A stretch of 62,864 nucleotides of DNA, filler included, from Octopus bimaculoides (GCF_001194135.2; 4 parts of 4 records of this genome joined end to end with filler, not necessarily neighbours in it), one strand, 5' to 3'. Positions 50,164 to 61,951 are shown, counted from the first letter of the whole stretch. Program-made: numbers and translations. The notes: generated by a model not told the origin, from the letters alone.

Positions 50164-50819
50164 ATATTAATAGTTATCGCCAAGCCAACATGGCAGTCCA
50201 GAAAAATAGAATGAACGCTGCCATCGATTAGCTCCAAGAGGCCATTGCCTCTAGCTAGCTATGTGACACACAAATCTGTGTCCATTATAACCTTTGAACA
50301 GGGGAGGTCAGCCACTTCCCCATGCTGGTCTGGCATCTACAGACTAGTTTCAGGGTATTTGCCCCTTATCAATGTAGAGCAGCTGAACCCAGCAGGCGCC
50401 GCTACTGACCGTCTGTTGATAAGGGGAAAATACCCTGAAACTAGTCTGTTGTTTCAAATGCCCTGAAACTAATAGACGCAGGTTCGTGTGTCACATAGCT
50501 AGCTAGAGGCGATGGCCTCTTGGAGCTAATCCCCTGCAGCATTCGCCCTATTTTTCTGGACTGCCATGTTAGCTTGGCAATAACTATTAATATCCAGTAC
50601 TGCTGCCGTAGTTTCTTGTAGAGAGACTTAGAAATATTAATATTTCTATTTTTGAAAACCAGTGGATGTATTCCACTGAATTTAAGTAAATAATCCTTTG
50701 AACAGACGGTCAGTAGCAACGCCTGCTCAGTTTGGCTGCTCTACATTGATAAGGGGCAAATAACTTGAAACTAGTCTATAGTTGCCAGACCAGCATGGGG
50801 AAGTGGCTGACCTCCCCTG
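50164..50819. mobile_element. Interleaved inverted-repeat cassette (A-B-A'-B'), probably rearranged Penelope-like pLTRs
   Basis: A 50164-50278 / A' 50479-50593; B 50299-50417 / B' 50701-50819; contains three hammerhead-like motifs. Confidence 0.7.
50336..50378 (-). ncRNA. Minimal type-I hammerhead ribozyme motif, U3:A8 variant
   Basis: Minus strand reads UCUACA-UUGAUAA-GGGG-CAAAUA-CCCU-GAAAC-UA-GUC-UGUAGA: 6-bp stem I, core with C3/G8 replaced by U3/A8, 4-bp stem II, palindromic ACUAGU stem III, GUC cleavage triplet. Confidence 0.75.
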
Positions 50820-50939
50820 CACAGTGGGACTGAACCCAAAATCGTCTGGTCACAAAATGGGTTTCTCTACCACACTGTCATGCCTTCACTTATACATACA
50901 TACATATATACATACATGCATTCATACATACATGCATAT

Positions 50940-51127
50940 ATTTCAAGTTCAGGTCTATACTTGTAATTATCAGGACACTGGGATATGTAACACACTGCCT
51001 AAATACCAATCTTGAGAAATTAGGCTTCTCAAAACCAGAGAGGAGAAAGCTGATTTGAGGATTACAGATCCAATCCATCACTGGAACTGTAAAGACCTGT
51101 AAAACTTTCCAGAAGTTCATCATTTAA
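50940..51127 (+). mobile_element. RLE-family 3' end fragment (same family as 42820-43073)
   Basis: LGYVTHCLNTNLEKLGFSKPERRKLI*GLQIQSITGTVKTCKTFQKFII*; DNA nearly identical to 42960-43073. Confidence 0.85.
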
Positions 51128-51453
51128 GTATATATGTGCATGTCTAGACATGCAACTATATGCATGAGAATACATACATAAAACAAAGCATACTAATCTG
51201 CACATATACATACATATACAGACGCACACACACACGTGTGCGTGTATGCGCGTATCTATATGTATGTATATATGTATACACATGCTACAGGTTTCTATGT
51301 AGTTTCTGTCTACTAAATTCATTTGCAAACATTGTTTGGCCCAGGGCTAAAGTAGATGAGACTTGCCCTAGGTGCTGTACTGTGAGACAGAACTCAAAAC
51401 TGTTTCTCTTAGTCACCTCTGTACTTCCATACATTTATTTGTAGGTATGCTGC

Positions 51454-51489
<36 letters not shown>

Positions 51490-51509
51490 ACATGTGTATA
51501 TATATATAT

Positions 51510-52290
51510 ATCATCATCATCATCGTTTAACGTCCGCTTTCCATGCTAGCATGGGTTGGACGATTTGACTGAGGACTGGTGAAACCGGATGGCAACACCA
51601 GGCTCCAATCTAAATTTGGCAGAGTTTCTACAGCTGGATGCCCTTCCTAACGCCAACCACTCAGAGAGTGTAGNNNNNNNNNNNNNNNNNNNNNNNNNNN
51701 NNNNNNNNNNNNNNNNNNNNNNNNNNNNNNNNNNNNNNNNNNNNNNNNNNNNNNNNNNNNNNNNNNNNNNNNNNNNNNNNNNNNNNNNNNNNNNNNNNNN
51801 NNNNNNNNNNNNNNNNNNNNNNNNNNNNNNNNNNNNNNNNNNNNNNNNNNNNNNNNNNNNNNNNNNNNNNNNNNNNNNNNNNNNNNNNNNNNNNNNNNNN
51901 NNNNNNNNNNNNNNNNNNNNNNNNNNNNNNNNNNNNNNNNNNNNNNNNNNNNNNNNNNNNNNNNNNNNNNNNNNNNNNNNNNNNNNNNNNNNNNNNNNNN
52001 NNNNNNNNNNNNNNNNNNNNNNNNNNNNAGGGGCACTGGCAACGATCTCGCTCGAAAACCCTACAAAAGCCAGTCAGGCGGTACTGGCAACGGTCACGCT
52101 CAAAATGGTGCATCTCATGTGCCACCCGCACAAGAGCCAGTCCAGGGGCACTGGCAACGATCTCACTTGGCTTGCCGGGTCTTCTCACGCACAGCACATT
52201 TCCAAAGGTCTCGGTCAGTAGTCATCGCCTCGGTGAGGCCCAATGTACGAAGGTCTTGCCTCACCACCTCAGCCCAGGTCTTCCTGGGCC
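51510..52290 (-). mobile_element. RTE LINE 3' end with gap
   Basis: (TCA)n tail, terminal motif, UTR tandem repeats and RT C-terminal remnant, as in 17208-17873. Confidence 0.85.
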
Positions 52291-52734
52291 TACTATATCA
52301 TCAGCAATATTTGATACTCTATGACTTACCTTCCTTATCATGTTGTCATTTGTCTTGAAGCCACAATTTACATTTGCTAAAGTAGTTAACATGCATGCAT
52401 TAAAAACACTTCACTTTCCTCGTTGCTGTTCCTCTCCTCTCACCACCACCCCTCTTCCTAATTCCCCGCCTCTTCCACACTCCTACCCACCCAATCCCCT
52501 TACCTTCCCAACCGCCTTCCTAAATCTATTGCTTGTCATAACTATTTTTGATTTTTTTTTTATCATTTTACGTTTTATAGATATATTTTTCATTACTTTA
52601 TATTTTATCAACAGAACTATATTTAAGCACATCATCATCATCATCAGCATCAGCATCATTATCATTATTAACAACAGTTAATAACAACAACAGTAACTGT
52701 TGTTGTTGTTGTTATTATTATTATTATTATTCAA

Positions 52735-52950
52735 AGGTGGTGAGCTGGCAAAATCGTTAGCACGCCGGGAAAAATGTTTAGCAGTATCTCACCCATCGCT
52801 GCATTCTGAGTTCAAATTCCACCAAGGTGAACTTTGCCTTTCATCCTTTTGGGGGGGTCAATGAAATATGTATCAGTTATGTACTGGGGTCGATATAATT
52901 GACTAACCCCTTCCCACAAAATTTCAGGCTTTGTGTCTTTAGTAGAAAGG

Positions 52951-52989
<39 letters not shown>

Positions 52990-53445
52990 GTTGTTGTTGT
53001 TGTTGTTGTTGACGTCGTTGTTGTTGTTATTAAGGGGAGTGAGTTGGAAGAATCGTTAGCACGCCGAGGTTGACTTTGCCTTTCTTCTTTTCAGGGTCGA
53101 TAAATTAAGTACCAGTGAAACACTGGGGTCGATAGAGTGGCTGTGTGGTAAAAAGCTTGCTTCAATCCCACTGCGTGGCACCCTGAGCAAGTGTCTTCTA
53201 CTGTAGCCTCAAGCTGACCAAAGTGTTGTGAGTGGATTTGGTAGATGGAAACTGAAAGAAGCTCTTATGTATCTTAACCTATACATACAGGCACAGGAGT
53301 GGTTGTGTGGTAAGTAGCTTGCTTACCAACCACATGGTTCCGGGTTCAGTCCCACTGTGTTGCATCTTGGACAAGCGTCTTCTACTATAGCTTCAGGCCG
53401 ACCAAAGCCTTGTGAGAGGATTTGGTAGACGGAAACTGCTTCCCA
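52735..53445 (+). mobile_element. Cluster of SINE B (52735-52950, 53035-53135) and SINE C heads (53137-53270, 53290-53440)
   Basis: Family motifs are visible; separated by (TTA)n/(TTG)n. Confidence 0.8.
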
Positions 53446-54351
53446 TAATGTATGTATCTGTAGGAAGTGAGGTTGGTACTGGATGTGTGCCACACAATTC
53501 CTTACATAAACATGGAAGGAAAATAGCGGAACAAGAATATCCGAACAAATAACAATATTTATTTTACGTCTGTACAAGTGTTACATCTTGGGACAATCAG
53601 TAGCCAGGAAGCCTTGGTGTGGAAGCAGCGGAGTCGGTTTAATCACAATTGCGAAGGCATTCTTCACAGGTTAGCCAACGTCGTATGGCATCTTCAGAAT
53701 TCCAGCTACATGGAGCTGGTCCAGATGCATGGTGGTCAAGCCTAGCGGTAGCTGATGACTGCGCATGCGCATAAGGGGCATCCGGCAAGCCTTCTGGAAG
53801 GCTCTAATTCCTGCACATGCATGGATGAAAATCCCAAAATGGCAACTAGAACCAGGCGTCACTACATATCTATCTATCTATCTATCTATCTAGGAAACAC
53901 AGAAATAATGGGCTACATACATTTATTTATTAGCGGCTTAGAGCTGTTTCAGATATGCATTTGGGTGGGTTTATGGTTCAATCATATCAATCACTTGATT
54001 GACTAAAAATATAGGGAACTGCACCCCTAAGATATCTTAGTTGCTTAGCTACCAGTTGTTTTGTATTTTTATAATTACTTCCTCATGACAATTTTTCAAA
54101 ATATAGTGGTAATCCCTGTAGTTGAAGCCAATTACAGGGGTGAATGGTTTAAGGCTGATGACTTAGATAGATGAGCAAATTAATTCCTTTTCTTTTCTTT
54201 GGCACTTGGTTTGTTGCAGCTCTGAAGAAGATATCTTACAGTGGTGGTTCCCTTTTTTTCTTCAATCACTCAACCAATCGATTGATAAGATTCTACCAAT
54301 GAACCCACCCAAACGCATATCTGAAATAACTGTAAGCCTCTATTGAATAAA

Positions 54352-54968
54352 TGAATGTTAGCCAGACCCCATCTTGAATACTGTTGCCCACTGTGGTCTC
54401 CCCATACGAAGCAACTCATTATGAAAGTGGAAGCACTCCAGAGGTCAATAACAAGAAAGATAGATGGCATGAGAGGCACTGACTATTGGGGTCAACTAAA
54501 AAAACTGAATCTCTTCTTGTTCCAATGCCGCAGGAGCGCTACATCATTTGTGTGATGTGGAAAATATTCCATCAATATTGCACAAATGATGTTCGCATCA
54601 ATTTTAAAATCCATCCAAGACTTGACCCCTGTGCTATCCACCAACTACAAAAATCAAACTCAGGACACATAACAACATTATGACACAACTATTTTACCTC
54701 AATCAGTCCAGCTCTCTTTAATATCATACCAAAAGACTTCAAAATGGAAACGGATCCCATAAAATTCAAAAGTTCACTGGACAAATTTCTTCAAATAATC
54801 CCAAACCAACCTCCTATACCCGGATATGTCTCCAACAATAAAAACTCCTTGCTAGAGTGGGCCATGGTGCCCCATTTTTGACTAAAAGACTTCACCAGGT
54901 GATGCTATTAAGCTAGACATGGCCTGGGCCTACACAGGCCAAAACCTATCAAAGTTATCAAAGTTATA
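54352..54968 (+). mobile_element. CR1-clade LINE 3' end (RT C-terminus and tail)
   Basis: LARPHLEYCCPLWSPH..VEALQRSITRKIDGM..YW..LKKLNL..RRERYII..FKSSLDKFL..P.QP.IPGY; short tandem ATCAAAGTT tail. Confidence 0.9.
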
Positions 54969-55904
54969 TCTGTCTATTTTCTGTATCCCTGTATCACAAA
55001 ATACCATCTTAGCTTGGTAACAGAACCATAGATTTACACATTTGACTGGTGATAGACTTTGATTTCAGATTACCTGGAGTACAATACTGATCACAGGACT
55101 TTATTGTTAGTCTGCTGTATTTTTATCTACAGAAAGCTTAAGATGGATTACTAATCCCTTATCTATATATCTGTCTGTCTGTCTGTCTATGTATGTATGT
55201 ATGTGTATATTCTTTTATTCTTTTACTTGTTTCAGTCTGTCTTTCTCTTAATGGAAGAAATTGGCTATAATCAGAGCTAAAGAAAGCTGGGCTCTACTGG
55301 GTCTAAGACTAGCCAAGATATCATGACAGCACTCCCTCGAAACAATCAGTTGTGGTCCTAAGGCAAAGCAAGGCAGACTGTCACTTGCCCTTGAACTGTA
55401 AAGGCAGAATATTTGAAAGGTCACAAAATAATGATCACTAACTCAAGAGAGGTTACATTATTTTAATCATTTAATTTTTTTCTTTTTTTATGAATCACAT
55501 GTCAACAACATATTTTTACAGGTACAGAAAGGAAAGAAAGAAAACAAGACAAACTTATAAATACTTCACCAAGGAAACAAAGAAAAAGAAAAAATGGTGC
55601 GAGGATTAAGAAGCAGAAGATTGGAGGAGGGAGTAATGGGTTGTACACACACCCCCAGAACAAATAACATGCTCAGCTACGATTGCAAAGGCATTGCTGC
55701 AGAGACCGGTCAGTGACACCCAGTGCAATTGTTGTGTATAATGTTGACGCTGTTCATTGAGTACCCTGCTCTTCATGTCTCTACACTAGATAGCTCTTAC
55801 TTGAAGGTTAAACAAGTTATAACTTCTCTTTGTGTGCCTGTATCTGCATGTCTGTCTTTGTGTGTAATTATGCATGTTTATTCATGCGTGTGTATTGAGA
55901 ATGT

Positions 55905-56296
55905 GTGGAGGCGCAATGGCCCAGTGGTTAGGGCAGTGGACTCGCGGTCATAGGATCGCGATTTCGATTCCCAGACCGGGCGTTGTGAGTGTTTATTGAG
56001 CGAAAACACCTAAAGCTCCACGAGGCTCCGGCAGGGGATGGTGGCGAACCCTGCTGTACTCTTTCACCACAACTTTCTCTCACTCTTTCTTCCTGTTTCC
56101 GTTGTACCTGTATTTCAAAGGGCCAGCATTGTCACATTGTGTCACGCTGAATATCCCCGAGAACTACGTTAAGGGTACACGTGTCTGTGGGGTGCTCAGC
56201 CACTTGCACGTTAATTTCACGAGCAGTCTGTTCCGTTGATCATATCAACTGGAACCCTCGACGTCGTAAGCGACGGAGTGCCAACAACATAACAAC
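55905..56296 (+). mobile_element. SINE family A full copy with 11-bp TSD
   Basis: TSD ATTGAGAATGT at 55894-55904 and 56297-56307. Confidence 0.93.
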
Positions 56297-56404
56297 ATTG
56301 AGAATGTAATAATTTGTGTGTGTGCCGGTGTTTATGTGTATGTGTATATGTGTGTATTTGAGTGTGCCTGTATGCGTGTGTATTTGAGTGTATGTATATG
56401 TGTA

Positions 56405-56443
<39 letters not shown>

Positions 56444-56751
56444 ATGTGTATACCTGAGGGATACACGCATATACACTTACTTGCTCCATCATCTTCTTTC
56501 TACATGGTCTCTTTCTTTTTCCCTTTCTCTTTCTTTCTGTATATTTTACCTTCTTCATCTCTTCTTTCTTGCTTCTAGGGCAGACCCATGGGGACTTTGG
56601 TACTTTTGTTGTGTACTCAAACTCCACATCACTCACTCTCACCTCATTCTCCGATAAGTTCATCTTTGCAATTAGCTGCTCTATTTGTATGCAGTTTTGC
56701 ATGTGCATACACTTACATGTTTGTATGTGTACACAAACACATTTGTATCTT

Positions 56752-57180
56752 GCGGTGAGCTGGCAGAAACGTTAGCACGCCGGGCGAAATGCTTAGCGGT
56801 ATTTCGTCTGCCGCAACGTTCTGAGTTCAAATTCCGCCGAGGTCGACTTAGCCTTTCATCCTTTAGCGGGGTCGATAAAATAAGTGCCAGTTACGCACTG
56901 GGGTTGATATAATTGACTTAATCCGTTTGTCTGTCCTTGTTTGACCCCTCTGTGTGTAGCCCCTTGTGGGCAGTAAAGAAATAAAACGTTAGCATTCTGG
57001 GCAAAATGCTTAGCGGTATTTCGTCTGTCGTTACATTCTGAGTTCAAATTCCACCGAGGTCAATTTTGCCATTCATCCTTTCAGGGTCGATAAATTAAGT
57101 ACCAGTTGTGTACTAGGGTCAATCTAATTGACTGCCCCCCTCCTCCCACAAAATTTCAGGTCTTGTGCCTAGAGTAGAAA
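56752..57180 (+). mobile_element. Tandem pair of SINE family B copies
   Basis: Full copy 56752-56985, directly followed by a 5'-clipped second copy with a different tail. Confidence 0.88.
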
Positions 57181-57479
57181 GGAAACATACATTTGTATAT
57201 GTGTATGTGTGTGCGGGGCTTCTCTTTCTTTCTTCTACTCCCAAGCATATATATGTATACGAGTGCATGTACTTTGAGTGCATGCATTTGTGTATTTGTG
57301 TGTGTGTGTGTGTGTGTGTGCTGCATTTTCGTCTACTGCACCCTAAACTAAAGCCAACTTGTGAGCTCAACTTATTGTGTGTTCACATTTGTCTGTGGTC
57401 ATAGTCAAATGTGTTTAATCTACTGTTCATGTATGCATTTCTATTAATATTAGGTTGAGGAAAAAAGTTCATGTGCTGA

Positions 57480-57895
57480 ACCTGTGCTGAATGGTCGTGC
57501 CATCAATGCTGCACTTTACTGCGAGCAAGTTGATCAAGTCTACGATGTGCTGGTTGAAAAGTACCCAAGACTCGTTCGTTGAAAACGTGCTTTGTTTCAA
57601 GAAGACAATACAAAGCTGCATACCACCAGAAAAACCAGCAACAAGATTGAAGAATTGGATGGTGTGGAAGTTCTGCCCCATCCAGCCTATAGTCCAGAAG
57701 TTGATCCATCTGACTACGGTCTCTTCCGATCAATGCAGCACTTTATTTGAGTCATTCAATGAAGTTGAAGAAGCTTGTCAAGAATTCTTCAATTCAAAGC
57801 TGAAGGATTGGTACTATGACTAAATCCCAAAGCTTGCAGATCGTTGGCAGAAGGTCGTAGAAAATGACGGTCTTTATTTTGAAGAACAGTTGTTG
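57480..57895 (+). mobile_element. mariner transposase C-terminal relic
   Basis: INAALYCEQ..FQEDNTKLH..LPHPAYSPEVDPSDYGLFRSMQHF..F.SFNEVEEAC..ADRWQKVVENDGLYFEE. Confidence 0.9.
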
Positions 57896-59049
57896 TTTTT
57901 GNNNNNNNNNNNNNNNNNNNNNNNNNNNNNNNNNNNNNNNNNNNNNNNNNNNNNNNNNNNNNNNNNNNNNNNNNNNNNNNNNNNNNNNNNNNNNNNNNNN
58001 NNNNNNNNNNNNNNNNNNNNNNNNNNNNNNNNNNNNNNNNNNNNNNNNNNNNNNNNNNNNNNNNNNNNNNNNNNNNNNNNNNNNNNNNNNNNNNNNNNNN
58101 NNNNNNNNNNNNNNNNNNNNNNNNNNNNNNNNNNNNNNNNNNNNNNNNNNNNNNNNNNNNNNNNNNNNNNNNNNNNNNNNNNNNNNNNNNNNNNNNNNNA
58201 AAGATTTGGTAGATAGAAACTGAAAGAAGCCCATCACGTTCTCATTGATTGTTTTAAAGAATGTGATGAAATTAACGATTTGGTGGTAACCAATTACTCA
58301 ATTACCTCATCTACGAGCAACTGCTGAAAGGTAGACAACTTTACTACGCTAGATAAGTTGTCTCCCTTGCTTCGGCAAGAATTTGCTATTGCGGAGTAAT
58401 ATAATTCAAAATCAATTTATTCACATCCGCGCGCGCACACACACACACACACACATACACACACACATACATTTTACCTTTTAGATTTATTTTATTATAT
58501 TTGTTCAATAATAATTAACAAGAATTGTTACAATTTGTAATAATTCAGTGACAAAGAATTTATTTTACGAAAGAAAATTTTTTTAAATGAGAAAGGAAAA
58601 ACATCAAAACAACACCAAGTGCCTCAATTGGTCGCACGCCACAAGGTCCAACGGAAACTACTGAAGCAAGCCAACACGCTCGAGGCATTACCACGGGCGA
58701 AGGCGCACGGGCATCACCTGACATCTCGGTGAGGCGAACTACCAAAGATGACAAGAACTTCACTGTTAGTCGCCTGTCCCTCCAAACATCTGAAACACAA
58801 CAGGCTGGAAGAGCTAGTTCACTGACTGATCCCGATACTCCAAGGTTTTGTTCCGTTCACGGAAGCAGTGACCCTCTCTTTTACCGCAGCATCCAGGATG
58901 TGGGAGAGAGCAAAAGAGTTACAGACCGTAGAGTCCTAGATGAGGCACCTACCTCTAACCTAACCTAGCACTCTCTATTGCAACAGAGTTTCTTCCATAC
59001 AACTGTCTGATTGTATAAAACAGAAAAAAAAATGCTTAAAAACATAGTA

Positions 59050-59456
59050 GGGCACTATCATGCTATTAGCTGTCAGAAGTGAAAGTGCTCACTGCCTGCT
59101 AGTGAAGTATCTGTCTGTCTGCCTGTCTGCCTGCATGCCTGTTGCTGGCCTGTCGATTCTTTGGCTACTGACAGCTAATACCATGACTGGCCGGAGCGAG
59201 CTATATGTCTGTCTGTCTGTCTCTCTCTCTCTATCTATCTATCTATTACTCGAAAGTTCGCGCGTCCGCGCTAGCTAGTCGTGAGTAGAAAACACAAATT
59301 TAATATAAAAACATATTTCCTGAAATTGCCAATTATTTATAAAAATTTTCAACAGAGAGAATTTATCAAAATAGAAAACAAATGAAGTTTGAAGTTTAAA
59401 AATAATAGGATCGACCACTCACGACTAGCTAGCGCGGACGCGCGAACTTTCGAGTA

Positions 59457-59487
<31 letters not shown>

Positions 59488-59655
59488 CAGACAGACAGAC
59501 ATATAGCTCGCTCCGGCCAGTCATGGTATTAGCTGTCAGTAGCCAAAGAATCGACAGGCCAGCAACAGGCATATGCAGGCAGACAGGCAGACAGACAGAT
59601 ACTTCACTAGCAGTGAGCACTTTCACTTCTGACAGCTAATAGCATGATAGTGCCC
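59050..59655. repeat. Large palindrome: ~237-bp inverted arms with ~130-bp AT-rich spacer; each arm resembles a Helitron/HINE-like unit
   Basis: 59050-59286 vs 59417-59655 differ by two small indels; internal 21-bp IR, (GTCT)n tracts, GCGC-GTCC-GCGC hairpin and CTAGT. Confidence 0.9.
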
Positions 59656-59988
59656 ATAGTAGAGGTTAATTATTCGGTCGAAGCTGATGAATCGCTTCAT
59701 TGCGCTTGCAAATAAATTACAGCAAAATGAAGAAACGACACCAAACAAACAATAAACAAGAAAACTGTATCAAATATTTTCAGCGTACGGTTTGATTAAT
59801 TTCAGCGAAATACACGTTTATTTCCCTTGCACATATTATCCTCTGCAAACATCAGTGCCAGTCTATTCCCTTTTCAACCACTCAGATTTCCTTTGACTTT
59901 CCCTTGACTAAGGTTGTAAAAACGCTTCTTAAACCTGATCCTCGTATTTTACTAATTCCTCACATCTCCGTCTGTCTGTCTGCCTGTC

Positions 59989-60022
<34 letters not shown>

Positions 60023-60119
60023 ATTAATCTCTTATTTTCACTTTCCAGTTTGTCATTGCTATTTAGCCCATGTTGGCCCTGGTTGAACAGATCTAGCAGG
60101 TCTATGATCAAAAGCTTTC

Positions 60120-60400
60120 AAGACGTCACTATCCTGTCTTTCATTTCCAGGAATGGTGAACCACAAATTTTTCTTTTTCATAAGTCCTTTACTCATTATG
60201 AAGTATAACCATCGATAACTTTTCTCTAATATTCTCAACTTAGGGCTGTCTTCTCTGCTTCCTTCCAATTGGACCCCATCTTTTGCTGTACTGCTTCAGT
60301 ATCCTGCCTCCAGCTACATTTCGGATTGTCTTTCACCTTTCTTGTGGGTTCCAGGTCAGGGCTTGACATGTAACACCAAATGTTGGTGTTTTTGTTGCAC
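60120..60400 (-). mobile_element. RTE-like RT C-terminal relic
   Basis: ..WNPQ.K..GQ.PKCSWRQDTEA..KMGSNWKEAEKTA resembles the RTE GRPK.TWRR..W...EK.A ending. Confidence 0.5.
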
Positions 60401-60888
60401 CTCTTTATATATTTCCCTGAGGGAAAACCTTCCTCTCCCATGACTTGAATTGCTATTGACACTTTTATAACTTTACTTTTCTCTAGGTAGTGTTGTTACT
60501 CTACACGGACCTATTTTTACCGTTGGGAAGAGCTGGTCCATTTTACTCTAGCATCTAACCTTTGACCTGTCCAACATGGGTGGTCCTACCTGGAGCTTGT
60601 GCTCCACTGGCATAGTTCTCAGAGTCATTGCGGCACACAGGCTACCACAGCACAAGGACTGGACCTTGTAGTGGGAACCCCAGATTATGTTATATATCTC
60701 CCTTTTTTTTTTTTTTCTAGACAGTAGGGTATGATTTGACTGCTTTCTCTAACAAGTCAAGTGACAATGTAAAGACTTGCAGTTTATTTCTGAGTATCTA
60801 TGTCTGTGCTTGCACAGAATCTACTCTTTATGTAGACATAAATCAGCTTTGTCTTGAGCAATAAACACTTACACACGCACGCACGAGT

Positions 60889-60935
<47 letters not shown>

Positions 60936-61035
60936 NNNNNNNNNNNNNNNNNNNNNNNNNNNNNNNNNNNNNNNNNNNNTTAATTAATTAANNNNNNNNN
61001 NNNNNNNNNNNNNNNNNNNNNNNNNNNNNNNNNNN
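60936..61035. other. Artificial scaffold-join linker N44-TTAATTAATTAA-N44
   Basis: Same 100-nt structure. Confidence 0.95.
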
Positions 61036-61039
61036 ATTC

Positions 61040-61430
61040 AGGAAGTAAATAGACACCTTTAATTTTCAGAATCTTTTATTTGATATTAATTGGTTGAAGG
61101 AGAGGTTTTCTTCTAGCTGCTCATCCATAATACCCAAGCTTAAGCAGATATGTAACACACATTCTTGGACTAACTTCTAGCTGTTTTGCAATATCAGAAG
61201 CCTTCGAACAGGGTTCATTTTCCACAATTCGCTTCAAACAGCGAAGCTTCTTTTCTGAGGGCCCAGGTCGGCCGGGACGAGAATCTGTTGGTTCTTTTCC
61301 TTGGTTTTTGAATTGCACCATAATTCTATTAACAGTAGTAAGAGGAATTTGAAGATTTTCGGCAATTCTTCGCTGACTAAGACCAGCCTCAGATTTGACC
61401 AACAGTACGACCGCTTTGAAAATCTGACAG
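61040..61430 (-). mobile_element. Tc1-like transposase N-terminal relic
   Basis: GLSQRRIAENLQIPLTTVNRI..RPGRPG..LRCLKRIVENEP..ASDIAKQL..LLKLGYYG*AARRKPLL (HTH plus GRP and RKP motifs). Confidence 0.85.
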
Positions 61431-61951
61431 AGTAAAAGTGTAAAGGGTATATATGTTTGTGTGTTTGTGTGTGTGTGTGTAAGAGAGAAAAAGGTTGAGT
61501 TCAATTAGAACGTTTTTACTTTGGGCGGTGTCCAAAGTTACATTTCTAATAAAGATTCTTTATATTAAATTGTCAGCTCACAATTGCAAGTATTTAATTA
61601 AAAAATACGAACATTTAACAAGCATAAAGTGTGTTATGAGCATTAATAGGATATAATCCAATATAAACTCAACTAACAATTAAATATGGAGAAGAGATGT
61701 TAGAAATTTTATAAAACTTTTAATCCATGCATACAATCGTTCCAAATCATAACACCAACATGTAAGAAAGATGGAAAAAATTAAATTAATTATAATTATA
61801 ATTAAATTAATTTAATTTAATTACATATTATCATTCTCCTCGGTGCAAGTTGTAAACTAAAAGCTAATTCAAATGTGGAGGAAGGGAGATAATCAAGAGA
61901 GTTCATCAAATAAAAAAACATCAGAAAGGTGGTAACAGAAGAATATTACAA

